A stretch of DNA of 64,000 nt from NCBI GenBank assembly GCA_051294905.1, contig CM119373.1:1428001-1492000 (forward strand). The letters run 5' to 3'. Source of the DNA: Botryllus schlosseri. Taxonomy: Eukaryota. Numbering within the stretch: the stretch's first letter is position 1; the number at the start of each line of letters is the position of its first letter. A model generated the notes under the pieces. It had not been told where the DNA came from, ran no database searches, and saw only the letters and a program-made list of their open reading frames with translations. The position numbers and the translations under genes are program-made. This document shows, in pieces, positions 52,719 through 64,000 of this stretch.

Positions 52719-54789
52719 CCGGGCTGTGGAGTCGGTAAATTTTACCACCGACTCCGGCTCCGACTCCGACTCCACACATTTTCAATATACCGACTCCGAC
52801 TCCGACTCCGACTCCTGAGTCTTTAAATGTACCGACTCCGACTCCGACTCCGACTCCTGGGTCTTTAAACGTACCGACTCCGACTCCGACTCCCGACTCC
52901 GACTCCAGCATTATTACCAATTTATATGCCACATCATTGTCCGTTGAAAGACTATCATACAACCATTAAACATATGTAAACATATGATTAACTGTGGCAT
53001 GCTAAATTCTTTCATTGTGGCACAGCTCGAATTATCCACTATGCAATTAAATTGAAATAAAGATTTGATAAATATCCTTCCTTATTCAAGTTATTATAAA
53101 ATGGACTCTCTAATATCCTGAAATGTATGAATCATTCAAATATGGCAGATAGGCTATCCAGTCCTGTATAATAAAAATGTAGATCAAAAATTCAAGTGTA
53201 TCTCTTGTGTATGACTCAGCAACTAATAAAGAAATTGAACTTACCAATTTTGTCATTGCACACTATCCTGATTACAAGCACAAACACTCTTACTACTAAT
53301 AATAGACATTGGTCATAAATGGAATTTAGTTAAGTAGTCAAAGACCATAGCCTATGTCTAGTCTACATGTATTTAATCAAGTATTCAAGGATTGGGACTT
53401 GTAGTCTTTCTTAATCATTTGTTCGACCCAAACAGCTAAGCTACACTACAAATATTTTTAATTTTGTCAAGTGGGAAGCATCGTTTGGTGATATTTACAT
53501 AATTTTTACAATTTCACAAAACCAGCCGATGCATTTTCTCTGTCACAGTATCATGGTATAATTCCAAAAATTGCATCAATTTTGACTGCATCGCGAAAAC
53601 GCATCTTGTGATTTTCTTCTCCTCTGCAACTGAGTTGTAATTTGCAAGTAATGTCTAATTTTATCTATATCAGGGGTGGGCAACTTTTTGGGCGAAAGGG
53701 ATACCTGAGATTTACGAACCATTGCGCGGGCAACTGGAATGTTGATAACCTTTTTTTAGTCGTCGATAGGAGCGAACCGAATTAGGTAACATTGCAAACA
53801 AGACTTTACGCTCTAAAATTTATAACAATATGTCATGCAACAGTGCAGTGCGCAATCAGGCCCTGGTCGCGCCAAGCGCGAATTTTTTTTGAAAGATAAC
53901 GACTGAATTAGGCTATAGCTATATCAATAAATATGTCGCTAACATACATTGGGTGTCGCATCTGCATACCACTGGGCTCATTTGGCAAGGACGGGATTAC
54001 TCGACGTTTAGACATAGCAAAATCGACGGTATCAGTGAACATGCCTCTATCATTTTGTGCAAATGTTTTGTCAACGACCTCGCTGCGAGTGCACAAGCGA
54101 AGCCGTATCTCCTAATTGCGAATATAGTTAGACTCAATTCTGTGAATAATATGTATTTATAATTTTTAGAAGGGGGCTCAAATGCAAGAAATCTAGTGAC
54201 AATGAATCGTGCGAAGTACCGGGAAAAAGTTCAAGTCAAATAAATCTGCTATGAAATATTCTACTTCATGGTCATATACGAAGATCTGGAATAAATGTGG
54301 CTGACCCCTGGATACGTCAATGCGTCAGAACTGTTGTTTTAGTCATCATCAAATTTCGCGGTCATGCTAATCAAATTTTGGTTGGCCTTGCAATTGTACC
54401 TCATGTCATAAATAATTTCGAGAATTACCTCGCAGGCCACACCTAACCTACTCGTGTGCCAAATTTGGCCTGCGGGTCACGGGCTGGCCGCACCTGATCT
54501 GTATGGTTAATAATAACAGTGATTGGTGGTACCTAAAAATTATATTGAAAATTCTTTGAAAGCAAATGTTTTCATGATAGAGAAGTTGGAGTCGGAGTCG
54601 AAGTCATAGTCATTCTCACAAACTCCGACTCCGACTCCAGTCAGTATTTTCCCACCGACTCCGACTCCGACTCCGACTCCAGCTATTATAGTTTTCACGA
54701 CTCCGACTCCGACTCCGACTCCATCAAGCGAAAATTACCCCGACTCCGACTCCGACTCCACCGACTCCGACTCCGAATCCACAGCCCTG
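52719..54789. mobile_element. hAT MITE with (CCGACT)n subterminal repeats
   Basis: TIRs ccgggctgtggagtcgg / ...tccacagccctg; TSD gtgcgggt. Confidence 0.92.
53671..54496. mobile_element. hAT MITE, innermost of the nest
   Basis: TIRs caggggtgggca / tggccgcacctg; TSD atctatat/atctgtat. Confidence 0.75.
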
Positions 54790-56712
54790 GTGCGGGTTCG
54801 AGTCCGACCGAGGTCGACTTCCGAATTCCGATACCTAAGTGTTGGAGGTTTACCTAGGCTCCTCCTCGCCACCTCATCCGCGTCAGCGGTGTCTTACAAA
54901 AGCCTAGAGGTGGGCCGTGCTATAAGTCGGCAGTTACGGGAAATAAGAAGAATATCGGCCTGGTGTAAATGACCATAGTAGTTGACAAACACCATGAATA
55001 CCCCAAAACAAACAAACAAATCTTGTGGTGTATGTCACGAGAGTTCCTTTCATTCATGATTTAATAAAATCTCGACGAAAAAGCATACTTTAGAATATTA
55101 TGCAACACAGATACCATAGAAAAACGACCGAAGTTCTGTAGCGGTTGAAAATAAGACAAAATAAGGACGCAAGTCGAAAATAAGGACATTTCTTAGAAAT
55201 AAGGACAGTCGAGTTTTCTAAGACGTGACCCTTCAAAATAAGGACAAATCTTAGAAATAAGGACGGTATGGCAACCCTGGTTATAAGCCTTCGAAGTTAC
55301 CATACGCGCGCGAATCATGCACCATGACTCACTCTCTCGGCGGTCTGCCGCGAGCTGACTAAAACGCTCGGCATTGTTTTGATTAGAAATTAGCGCCTGC
55401 TAGACGTAGACCGTCGACTCAGGGCTCTCTAGAACGATGAATTCTGAGCATATACAATACACCAGACTGTATGGTCGTCGAATACCTATACTAAGGTTCA
55501 TAAGGTCCGCAATTTAGCATTTCTGTTTCCAACCAACGTTTTCACGGCTTGCTCTTGATATAAGTGGCCAGACACAGAGCTCGAAATGATTTGAGTGGCG
55601 CAATCGGATCCGCGTTGAAATTCTGAATCGAACGCTACCTTGTTTACCGGGCTCCAATCCCATTAAGGCACAGTTTTTCGATTTTGAAAATTGAAGTAAA
55701 ATCTTTCGAAAATTGCAGCCGTTGCCATTCGGTTAATGCGATGGCTGCATTTGTTTATTTTCCACTAGCTGGTCGATGCGTGGCATACGTTTGCTCACAG
55801 CGCATCGAAAGTCATGCATGAGCGCAACAAGTCGGTTTCTTTTGTTCGCCGTACCTTACCACGACGATGACGGCGGCTTCAGAAAACTCAAAATCAACCC
55901 CAACTGAACTAATAACTCCCTTCGGTCGAAAAAAAGCAGAATCCACTCGCGTACCACCTGGAAGACCTTCGCGTACCACTAGTGGTACGCGTACCACAGG
56001 TTGGGAACCACTGCTCTAAGACTTTGATCATTACAAAAGTAAATTGGGATATGTTTGCTAGATGCATCGAATTCAACTAGAAGTGTCTAGTGCATAACAC
56101 TCGTAATATCAGCCATTCACACGGCCAAAGGGTCACATTATCGGCAACGTTGGAAACAAGACTTATGTTACTATGTTTTAAAAATGATTACAAATATGTC
56201 ATGAAAACAAATGGACAGTGGTCATTCATCGCGCGAAATGCGTTCAAAGTTGATGAATGAATTTGATCAATAAATATGAATTGTTACGGAAGACAACACC
56301 ATTCGAGCAATCTCGCGTCAAATAAGTAATATATTTGTACGTCATAACAAGGTTCTTTGAATACGCATAGTTTCACGTTCGCGAAATGTCATCACAGTTA
56401 AAATCAGTAAAATCTGATGCAACGTCCTGTTGCATCGTGCTGTCAGAGGGTCAACGTAAAATTGTGATTCGAGTCCGACATACAAAATATGACGTGTAGT
56501 TGGGAGGAAACTGTACGTTGAGAAGCGTCTCTGTTGTAACTTCTTGGTTTTATGACGTATCGAACTTCTACGTTTAAACAAGAGATAGTTCTGGTTAGAG
56601 GTGAACTATCTGATGAGCCCTGCGCAGGCGCACCTGATGCCAATTCTTCAGGTGGAATAGGACCTTTCACAGCGAAACTAGCTAAAGTACCTATCTGGCC
56701 ATGCACATTAAT

Positions 56713-57131
56713 TAGGGTTACCATATTTTGGAAATCTGATAAGATGATTCTCTTTCATAATTTTCAAACTTTAAAATCCGGAGGAAAATCCTAAATGATG
56801 GTAATTTTTTCCCACTTCGTTGTCGATTGACTGAAGAAAAAAGTTAAACTTTCTAGCTCAACTCTCGAAAAATCCTTTATCTTTAACATTATCAGGTGCG
56901 TGACTAAAAAAGGCCAACTTTCCGGCCCAACTTCCCGAAATAACCGCCGGACCGTTCTTATATTGCTGACTTATTGTATGTCAGTCGAATGTGGCCCTGT
57001 ATTTAACCAAAATTATCAAAGAAGAGGACAAAATCTCAAAAATGAGGACATTTGAGCGTCTTCCGAGGACACTTTTAAAAAAGTCTACAAAGAGGACAAA
57101 TCCTCTTAAAAGAGGACGTATAGCAACCCTA
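56713..57131. mobile_element. hAT MITE with GAGGAC repeats (family of 23554-23899)
   Basis: TIRs tagggttaccata / tatagcaacccta; TSD acattaat. Confidence 0.88.
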
Positions 57132-57414
57132 ACATTAATCAAAGTCTAACCAACGAAGCAAGCCAGGCCCAAGCTAGCCTAACCATATTCTGATATTGTG
57201 GTAAGCTTGTATTCTTCTCATATCCGCTAGTTAGCCTAGTATATTAATTCAGACGTCATCCACATGTGAAATATGGTTCAAACGTTAGTGGAGTTGTGAT
57301 CATATGCAAAAATATTCACGATAAATGGTATTTCCCGTTATAATATGATATCGATAAAATCATTTACGATTAGCATTATCGGTCCAATGCAATTGCTACT
57401 TTGCTACATTACAG

Positions 57415-57582
57415 ATTTCGGAACTGCGCATATTTGATAATACGATGCCTTCCGACGCATATTCCGAACTGGCAGCTGTTGTTCAAGCTTCGAAGTGCGC
57501 ATTTGTCTCATTCGGGAATTGCGATTTGTCAAATCTCAAATTGGAATGCTTCGGGAAGGGATGCAAGGAAAATCAAGTTTCA
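57415..57582 (+). CDS. NLR-like gene exon E, LRR pair (ISELRIFDNTMPSDAYSELAAVVQASKCAFVSFGNCDLSNLKLECFGKGCKENQVS)
   Basis: Acceptor ctacattacag|ATT, donor TCA|gtaggg; 168 bp, phase 0/0; clear paralogy to exon D (DAY.E.A...C.L...KL..F..GCK). Confidence 0.9.
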
Positions 57583-58543
57583 GTAGGGCGAAATATGGTC
57601 CTTTACATTTGTAAATGCTTGTGTATCATATGGACGACACGAGATGCAATCAGTAGCGTTTACATTCCGATATGCTAAGAAATATGGTATATTTCATGTT
57701 AACAGAATACTACGATTGAATCGGCAACATATGTGTTACTGAGGAGGTCGAAATTCCAAGTTGTGAAAGGAAACAAGCTCATGAGTTATCCTCGCTTCAT
57801 CCAATAGTTTATTCCACAACATGCTAGGGTGTTTTTGTGTCATCGATGATATGAATTCTGATTTTCGATGTACTTATGCTGGAACGAATGACTTGCATTT
57901 CATAACTAATTCCCAAAACACATATTACATAAAAGATTTTGTTGACTATAGTTGAGGATACGTCGAATGCTTTGGTCGGCGTTTAAATCTTAGCCCGCAT
58001 CAGAACGATCTCCTTAAAAATTAAATAGAACCTGGCACCTTTCGTGCTGGGCAGTACGATTCGGTTACTCGAATACGAGTCCGAATCAGTCATCATGGTT
58101 CAGGCCGAGTGTTGCGTGCAGATAAATTCGATTATTGAAATTATATTCTCTTCACTCCAATACATATTTTATCAACAGAAAAAATATAGCTTGGTATCCG
58201 AAACAAGTTGCATACACCTATAAGCATGTTCGTTTACACGAAATAAGAGTAAGGAATCGACTCGCGGCATCTTCCAAACACGGTATGAAACAGCCATGGT
58301 CCGTTAGAGATATGTCGCTTGACTTGAAAGTAAGGCTTATATGCCTGTGACCGCAAAAACTACACATTTTTCAGCTTTCCTGGTCATCAGTAATCTTGTT
58401 GTAATGTCGTGATCAGTGGCACTTCAAACACTCGACTCCACTCGTTACCTAATATTCGATTTGGCTTCTTCATTATCGCAGCACAGTAAAGGGATGGAGA
58501 TAATTTTACGGATAGCTGTCATTAATATATACTTCCTTATCGC

Positions 58544-59461
58544 TAGGGCCATTTTTATATGACCTTGAAAAATCCATAATATGACTTTATTTTTCGGAAA
58601 ATATGACTTTATATGACTTTATTTGAAAATAGTGTATTTTTACATGCGAACAACGTCACTCACGGAACTAAAGAGTAAAACATACGCAACATAACACATC
58701 CATTTTTATTTGAAGCCACTGTTGTAGTACAGTTTCATGTAGTGCGGAATGTTAGAGTCTTTGAAGTTACGATTTGGACGTAAAATGACTGTAGTAAGGA
58801 AAATGAGCGCTCCACAGACGCTGATGTGGGTTGACACTTCTGCAGTTTTGCATAAAGCGATGGTGAAATGTCTCGTCTTTGTAGCCCCATAATTTGTTTC
58901 ACATCGATTTTGTCCAATTGCTTCTTGATGTAATTTTTGAGCTCAAGCGGATCTTTTCCGAAATCAGGGGCATTTAGATCAGCATGGGCGTTCACGAAGG
59001 CTATAACTTTCCATTACAACATCACATCTGTTTGACGGTGTACGTAGGCTATAATTTTCCATTTTCAGTATTAAGTTTGAAATATTGTTATAGTGGAGGC
59101 AAATTGACTGAATAGTCAACTTTGGATCGTTGACTGAATTTTTGATGCCATTTACAATAACTTCACCTTCCTACGTCTTGGCATAATATTGAGCAGCATT
59201 CGACCAGCTACCCCAACGAGTAACTGCCGTAGTTTCTTAGTGCATGATTGCTTCACCGCTTAAATTGGTACTTTTTATTTAAACTATACCAAAAATATGA
59301 CTTTATAACTTTTTATGACCTAACCAGCAAAATATGACTTTATATGACTTTATAACTTTCTTAATATACCCCATAGGCATGCGGTTTTTGCGTTAAAATT
59401 GATTCCACGACTTACTGATGCATAGAAAAAAATATGACTTTAATGACTTTAAATGGCCCTA
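58544..59461 (-). mobile_element. Internally deleted hAT element (hAT19/CGGBP-like transposase remnants)
   Basis: TIRs tagggccattt / aaatggcccta; TSD cttatcgc; atgacttt repeats; minus-strand VTRWGSW..AAQYY (~59180-59230) and CQPTSASVERSFS (58735-58995). Confidence 0.88.
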
Positions 59462-59509
59462 CTTATCGCCCTCAATACAGTAATTGTGTAAAATATTTAT
59501 TTGTTTTAG

Positions 59510-59677
59510 TTACAAAAGCTCGGTATCCGTGAAAATTCAATGAAAGAGGATGGATATGAAATACTCTCTGACGTTCTGAAACTGTCAGGCTGCAAAGAGT
59601 TGGTGTTCGACCGCTGTTGTCTCACCAAGACAAAGTTGCAAGGAGTATCGAATGGATGCCAGATTCAAAACATTCAG
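59510..59677 (+). CDS. NLR-like gene exon F, LRR pair (LQKLGIRENSMKEDGYEILSDVLKLSGCKELVFDRCCLTKTKLQGVSNGCQIQNIQ)
   Basis: Acceptor tttgttttag|TTA, donor CAG|gtgcgt; 168 bp, phase 0/0; absent from the ORF track, found by reading. Confidence 0.88.
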
Positions 59678-62600
59678 GTGCGTCATATATTTTTTTTGTT
59701 GTTGATATTTTTTTAATTGGCGATTAAAACGCACGTGGTGTAGTTCGCCATTTCCAAAAATCTTTTTACATCGAGGGATGGCGGTGCGTCCTATGAACAA
59801 TCCGTCATACTTTATCTGTCATATCACCGAACGATTCGAAATCTTTGGTCATCTTACTCCTCATGAAACACGTCGCTTGATAAAACTGCTAGCGGTTGAT
59901 TCAATCTTTATCAATACTCCTGAGATGTAATTCCAATACTGTGGGTTTTAAGTATTTTTAAACACTTAAATCGCTGCATATTTTTGAAAATAATTCCCGG
60001 TAGAATTTGGGATGAATTGATTTTCATGCAATCGAAATTTAAATCATTCAAATTGCTTTATCCGGGTTCAAATTCCCATTTTTAAAATCCTCCACACCAA
60101 ATTTTGTAATGTAGAAAGAAAATAACTTGTACTTATGTATCGAAGACTCAACACTAAATTTTGTAGACATAAACGTGTGTGTACTCAACTACTAAACACT
60201 CCAAACAATATTTATAAAGTACAACGAAAAGTACTTTTATTTATCTATTCTAACTCTGCATTAAATTTTCTAAAGTAGATATAAAACTGCTTGTACTCAC
60301 TATACTAATCACACTACACCCGATTCTGTAAAGTAGAAAAACGACTTGTAATTGATTATTGAACACTTTGGACTCAATTTTGTGAAGTAGGAAGAAAACT
60401 TCATTTACCAATCCCCTACGCGCTATAGTCCGGATTTCGGAATGTAGTGCATTGTGCAGGGATGTTTGGGTATTGCTGGGTAAAAGTAGAGCTATCCAGA
60501 GTATTTGGTTTAGGTGACTGGTTACGTAACCTGGAAGTCATATCCTGTACGTATGAGAAACCCTTACCAGGTGGGTGTATTATACATGATATGGCATGTC
60601 TCCGTTACCGATTTCTCTATGTTGACACGCCCTAGACATCGGGTACTACGGTTTTTGAAAAGCTGGGACTTTTCCAGTGCATTTGGTACCTTACTCAAAA
60701 ATTTTGGTTTGTAGAAATGAAAAAAAAAAAATTAATAAAAATATGGTTATCACCTAAAATTTCCAGATATTTTCCGAGTGGTAAGTATTGTCGGAAAATC
60801 TGCCAGAACATCAGAAGTCGAGATGTAGGCCTACGGTATTTTGTGTAAATTTTCAGTTTCAAACATCAAAACATGTTCTGGAGAGTTTTCTGATGGGGAT
60901 ATGTTAATTTTGGTCACGCTTCAGTGATTTTCAATATCTCGATCAAGTTCAAGTCCTAATTCAGACGGCATATGAGTCATAAACAGGTTTACTATGCCTG
61001 CAAATGGTTGAATATGACAAGAAAAAGCATATCGCGTTGTTTTATGCCATAAATCGGACTATAGGGGCCGACTGAGTCTTGATCATGAACCTGACCTCGA
61101 TGACTACTCACTGACCACGCCCATTTGTAAATATTATATGTGTTTTCCGTTTTTCTATATCTGACGAACCGAGCGATTTACAACCATGGTTCACGGCTTG
61201 TTTGAAACCAGGCAACAGTGGCTACGCACTGAAGCATCATATTCATCTCTCTGACGCCATCCTGAGGGTCAGCCTTGAAAATTGAGAGAGAGAGAGATTT
61301 TTGGGGAGAAAGTTTGTTTATTTAAACTTATTAAAAAACCTCAGACATGTCATAGGGTGTCGATCAAAGGTGGAATCGGTAGAGGGCTATACTCCGCCCA
61401 CTTTTAAACTGGAACGGACAAGATTCAAGTCCTGGTGGGGTCACGGTGAGAATTTGAAAGGTGATGGTCAATTTTGCAAAATATGACCCCACCTCATAAG
61501 GGTACCACAGATATTACTCAATACATACGAATATATTTCAGACGTTGATCCAAGTAGGTTTTCCAATGAATGTCCTCGATTCTCTCGAATTCTGATTTAA
61601 TACATGACGTAAGTTGAGACAGGGTGTAATCATTGATTGCCACCTGTGGCGAGATAAATACACATGATTGAGACATCCATGGTACTGCTGCAATATGTAT
61701 GTGATAGTTGGTTAATTTCTTGCGACAAAATATTTTCGTCCGGCCTTGCGCGATATCCTGTACGTGTCAAAGATCACTGTATTGACCGTCGCTTTTTGGT
61801 GAACACCTTCGATACTGATATGTTCAATTGTCGAAATGATCGGCTACTACTCTGCTTCAGTCCTTGCAAGCTGAGTAGACAATAGTAGATATGCGATACC
61901 AATGTGACGTGCAGAAGAAAACAATACACTCTGGTTGAGATCGCGTGCGTGCGACATGTTCTATGGAGCGGCGTTGCATAAAACTGTTTGTCTCCACGTT
62001 CTCCATGTCATACATACCCGTAAAACGTAGCATATAAATACTAGAAATGCATTATTTTTATTGTGTGAGTCTTTGGTCGCGACTTGCCACTTAAACGATC
62101 ACGCGGTTTTAAAAGTTCCAGAACTAATGTTATATATGTTGTACCAACATCTAAGGCAGTGACTCCCAAACTGTGTGATGTCGCATATTCTCAGCTGTGA
62201 TGCTAGTCTTTTAGGGACTTTGGCAGCAACATTGTATAATATTGAATACCTTACATGCATACAAGGAGATAAGACTATAAATCAGGTTAATATCTTCAGC
62301 AGGCTGATATATAAGCAGATTTGGCCATTTTTATGAAACTAATCGCGACAATGCCGATGAATGGGTTGATATCTACATCATCACTAGGTAGCTGGATGAA
62401 CCTTTTTAATTTGATTCATATGGACTCATGAACTGGAAATCATGCCACAAATCATGAGCGCAGCGTTTGCAAGTCCATACTTACACTTCAACAATAGTTC
62501 TCAGGATTTGCTGCAAACAGATGTAGGTCGGTACTCGGTACTTAATCCATTGGAAAGCCTCATTGATTTATGAAACGCCCCGACTGTTCAAATGCTTTCT

Positions 62601-63078
62601 CCACGTAAAGTTTTGGATGTATCCTTCCAATTCATGATCCATAATGCATGCAATCAAACTTTATCATTTACACCTTATTTGGTGTGTAAACATCTAGTTT
62701 TGACTGAAATTAAAAGCAACGGAGAGACATTGCTCGAAAATAAAAGAAATGCGACAATGTTTGTTAAAAATTAAACATCGGTTCAATCGTATATACATGT
62801 TTGCAAAAACAAGCATGGCCAACGCGTCAACACGTGAATAGATTTTAAGCTATACTTTCTTGTAAGTGTAATGCGAGAGTCAAATAATATCTCTAACGTA
62901 CCACAAGCCGAAAAAGTTTAACCCTCATACTAATAACAATGATGTTGCGCGATGCTCGTTATGGCGATCTTGATATGAATGTAGATCGTGAATCCATTGA
63001 TGGCAGATCGCTGGAGCTATATAGCAGAGAGCGCTGTCATGCGCATGATAAGTTACAATGGACGGAGCATGTCATAGT

Positions 63079-63271
63079 CAATGTTCCGTCTAAGGTGCGC
63101 CCGTCCATTAATGCGCAATGCTGGCACGGTCTCTGCGCAAATAAAATCTAAGTTGCGCACAAAAAATTCGAAGTGATGACCTTTTTTTAGTCATCACGCA
63201 CTGTTGTCCAAGGGCCTGCGAAGTGAGTTGGTGAGTGTGCGCAGTATTGTCACAAATTAGAGGGAACATTG
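63079..63271. mobile_element. Short hAT-like MITE
   Basis: TIRs caatgttccgtctaa / ttagagggaacattg; TSD gtcatagt/gtgatagt. Confidence 0.75.
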
Positions 63272-63428
63272 GTGATAGTGACACTCAATTAAATATATTA
63301 GTAAAGACAAAACAAACAGTTTAAAGCGACAGTGATAAATCAATGAAATAAATAAATCGAAATCAGCTAAATAGTTGGCACTGCAGCATCAGATGTTCGG
63401 GTTCGCATGAAAGCGATCTTTATTACAG

Positions 63429-63554
63429 GTTCGCTCGCTCAAACTCGATCTTAGCTTTAAGAGGTTTCGAAGGAACTTTTGCACCGACATTAACACACCG
63501 ATCTCCATATTTGAAGATCCAAACGGTGCTTTCATCAACATCTTCCGACTATAG
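63429..63554 (+). CDS. Possible terminal exon of the NLR-like gene (VRSLKLDLSFKRFRRNFCTDINTPISIFEDPNGAFINIFRL*)
   Basis: Acceptor ctttattacag|GTT, phase 0; starts with an LRR-like LxLxLS motif; AATAAA near 63904; no further support. Confidence 0.4.
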   Translation, partial: VRSLKLDLSFKRFRRNFCTDINTPISIFEDPNGAFINIFRL

Positions 63555-64000
63555 ACACAGACATTATGTGTTTTCCCTCTTCGATCCCGACTCCACAGCC
63601 CTGATGCTAACGGATTCCTAACGATATTTTCCATAGATAGGCCTGCACACCGACACACTTATTTTTCGCAGTTTTAGATCCGTACATTCTTAGCGAAAAG
63701 AAGGTGTATGCACAAGCACACTCCAAAAGGTGGTGCACGAAAACAGAACAAATCCCCGTTGCCTATGTACGTGACCAGAACTCACCCCATTTATAAGGTG
63801 TACATTGAAAATTTCAGCCCACCGATTAGAATTGGAATGGGTGTAATTTCCGTATTAACTGCAGTCAGTTCCTACTACTCCTTCGATACGCCATACTTGT
63901 GCAAATAAACAACAGATCCGACCTTGATTGCGTCAATTCTTTATGAATTGCACCGTAATAACTAGTGCGTTTTTTTTTTGACATTTCAAAAATAGTCAAA

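Larger units (their letters stand above)
52662..55016 (+). mobile_element. tRNA-derived SINE (~280 bp) split in its B-box region by a MITE
   Basis: A-box tagcgcagtggt, B-box gggttcgagtcc, (CAAA)n tail, 15-bp TSD caaatcttgtggtgt at 52647-52661 and 55017-55031. Confidence 0.88.
51541..55279 (-). mobile_element. Deleted hAT-type transposon with transposase remnant
   Basis: TIRs cagggttgccat / atggcaaccctg; aataaggac repeats; flanks gttatg/gttata only partly duplicated. Confidence 0.8.
49614..56013. mobile_element. hAT (Charlie-like) non-autonomous element hosting a deep nest
   Basis: TIRs cagtggtttccaacct / aggttgggaaccactg; TSD ctctaaga; gcgtaccac subterminal motifs; uninterrupted homologous site at ~12325. 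Confidence 0.9.
44633..56111 (+). mobile_element. Truncated third Polinton-like arm, a diverged relative of the element 1 left arm, interrupted by hAT insertions
   Basis: Begins AGTAGTAGTG; 48290-48500 matches 11420-11635; 49580-49613 plus 56014-56111 matches 12300-12421; no right terminus or TSD found. Confidence 0.65.

Noticed and set aside
52662..52720. Functional tRNA gene
   Set aside because: It is a SINE head with body, (CAAA)n tail and TSD, and it is interrupted by a MITE.
52639..52962. Gly-Val repeat protein ORF
   Set aside because: Translation of the (CCGACT)n subterminal repeats of a hAT MITE.
60413..61066. Possible TIR element (ctatagtccg / cggactatag)
   Set aside because: Termini are imperfect and no TSD could be identified.

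Overview
Repeat-dense, AT-rich animal (probably marine invertebrate) genomic window. It lies inside one + strand, multi-exon NLR-like gene: six confident exons, the last four of them 165-168 bp phase-0 exons that each encode a pair of ~28-aa ribonuclease-inhibitor-type LRRs, plus a possible terminal exon. The introns are filled with mobile DNA. The main discovery is two giant, non-coding, almost perfectly palindromic elements in one intron: 9317-22819 (6.3-kb arms, 875-bp spacer) and 24208-43337 (~7.6-kb arms, 43-bp spacer). Both have AGTAGT...ACTACT termini and perfect 6-bp target-site duplications (TSDs), the hallmarks of Polinton/Maverick integration, so they look like fold-back ('snap-back') non-autonomous Polintons. 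A truncated third relative starts at about 44633. Also present: three 5'-truncated Dong/R4-like RLE retrotransposons stacked head-to-tail in the (AAT)n tail of an L2/CR1-group LINE, two tRNA-derived SINEs, many hAT MITEs with 8-bp TSDs (including a six-level nest) and several minisatellites. All coordinates and identities were read by eye, without alignment or database searches.
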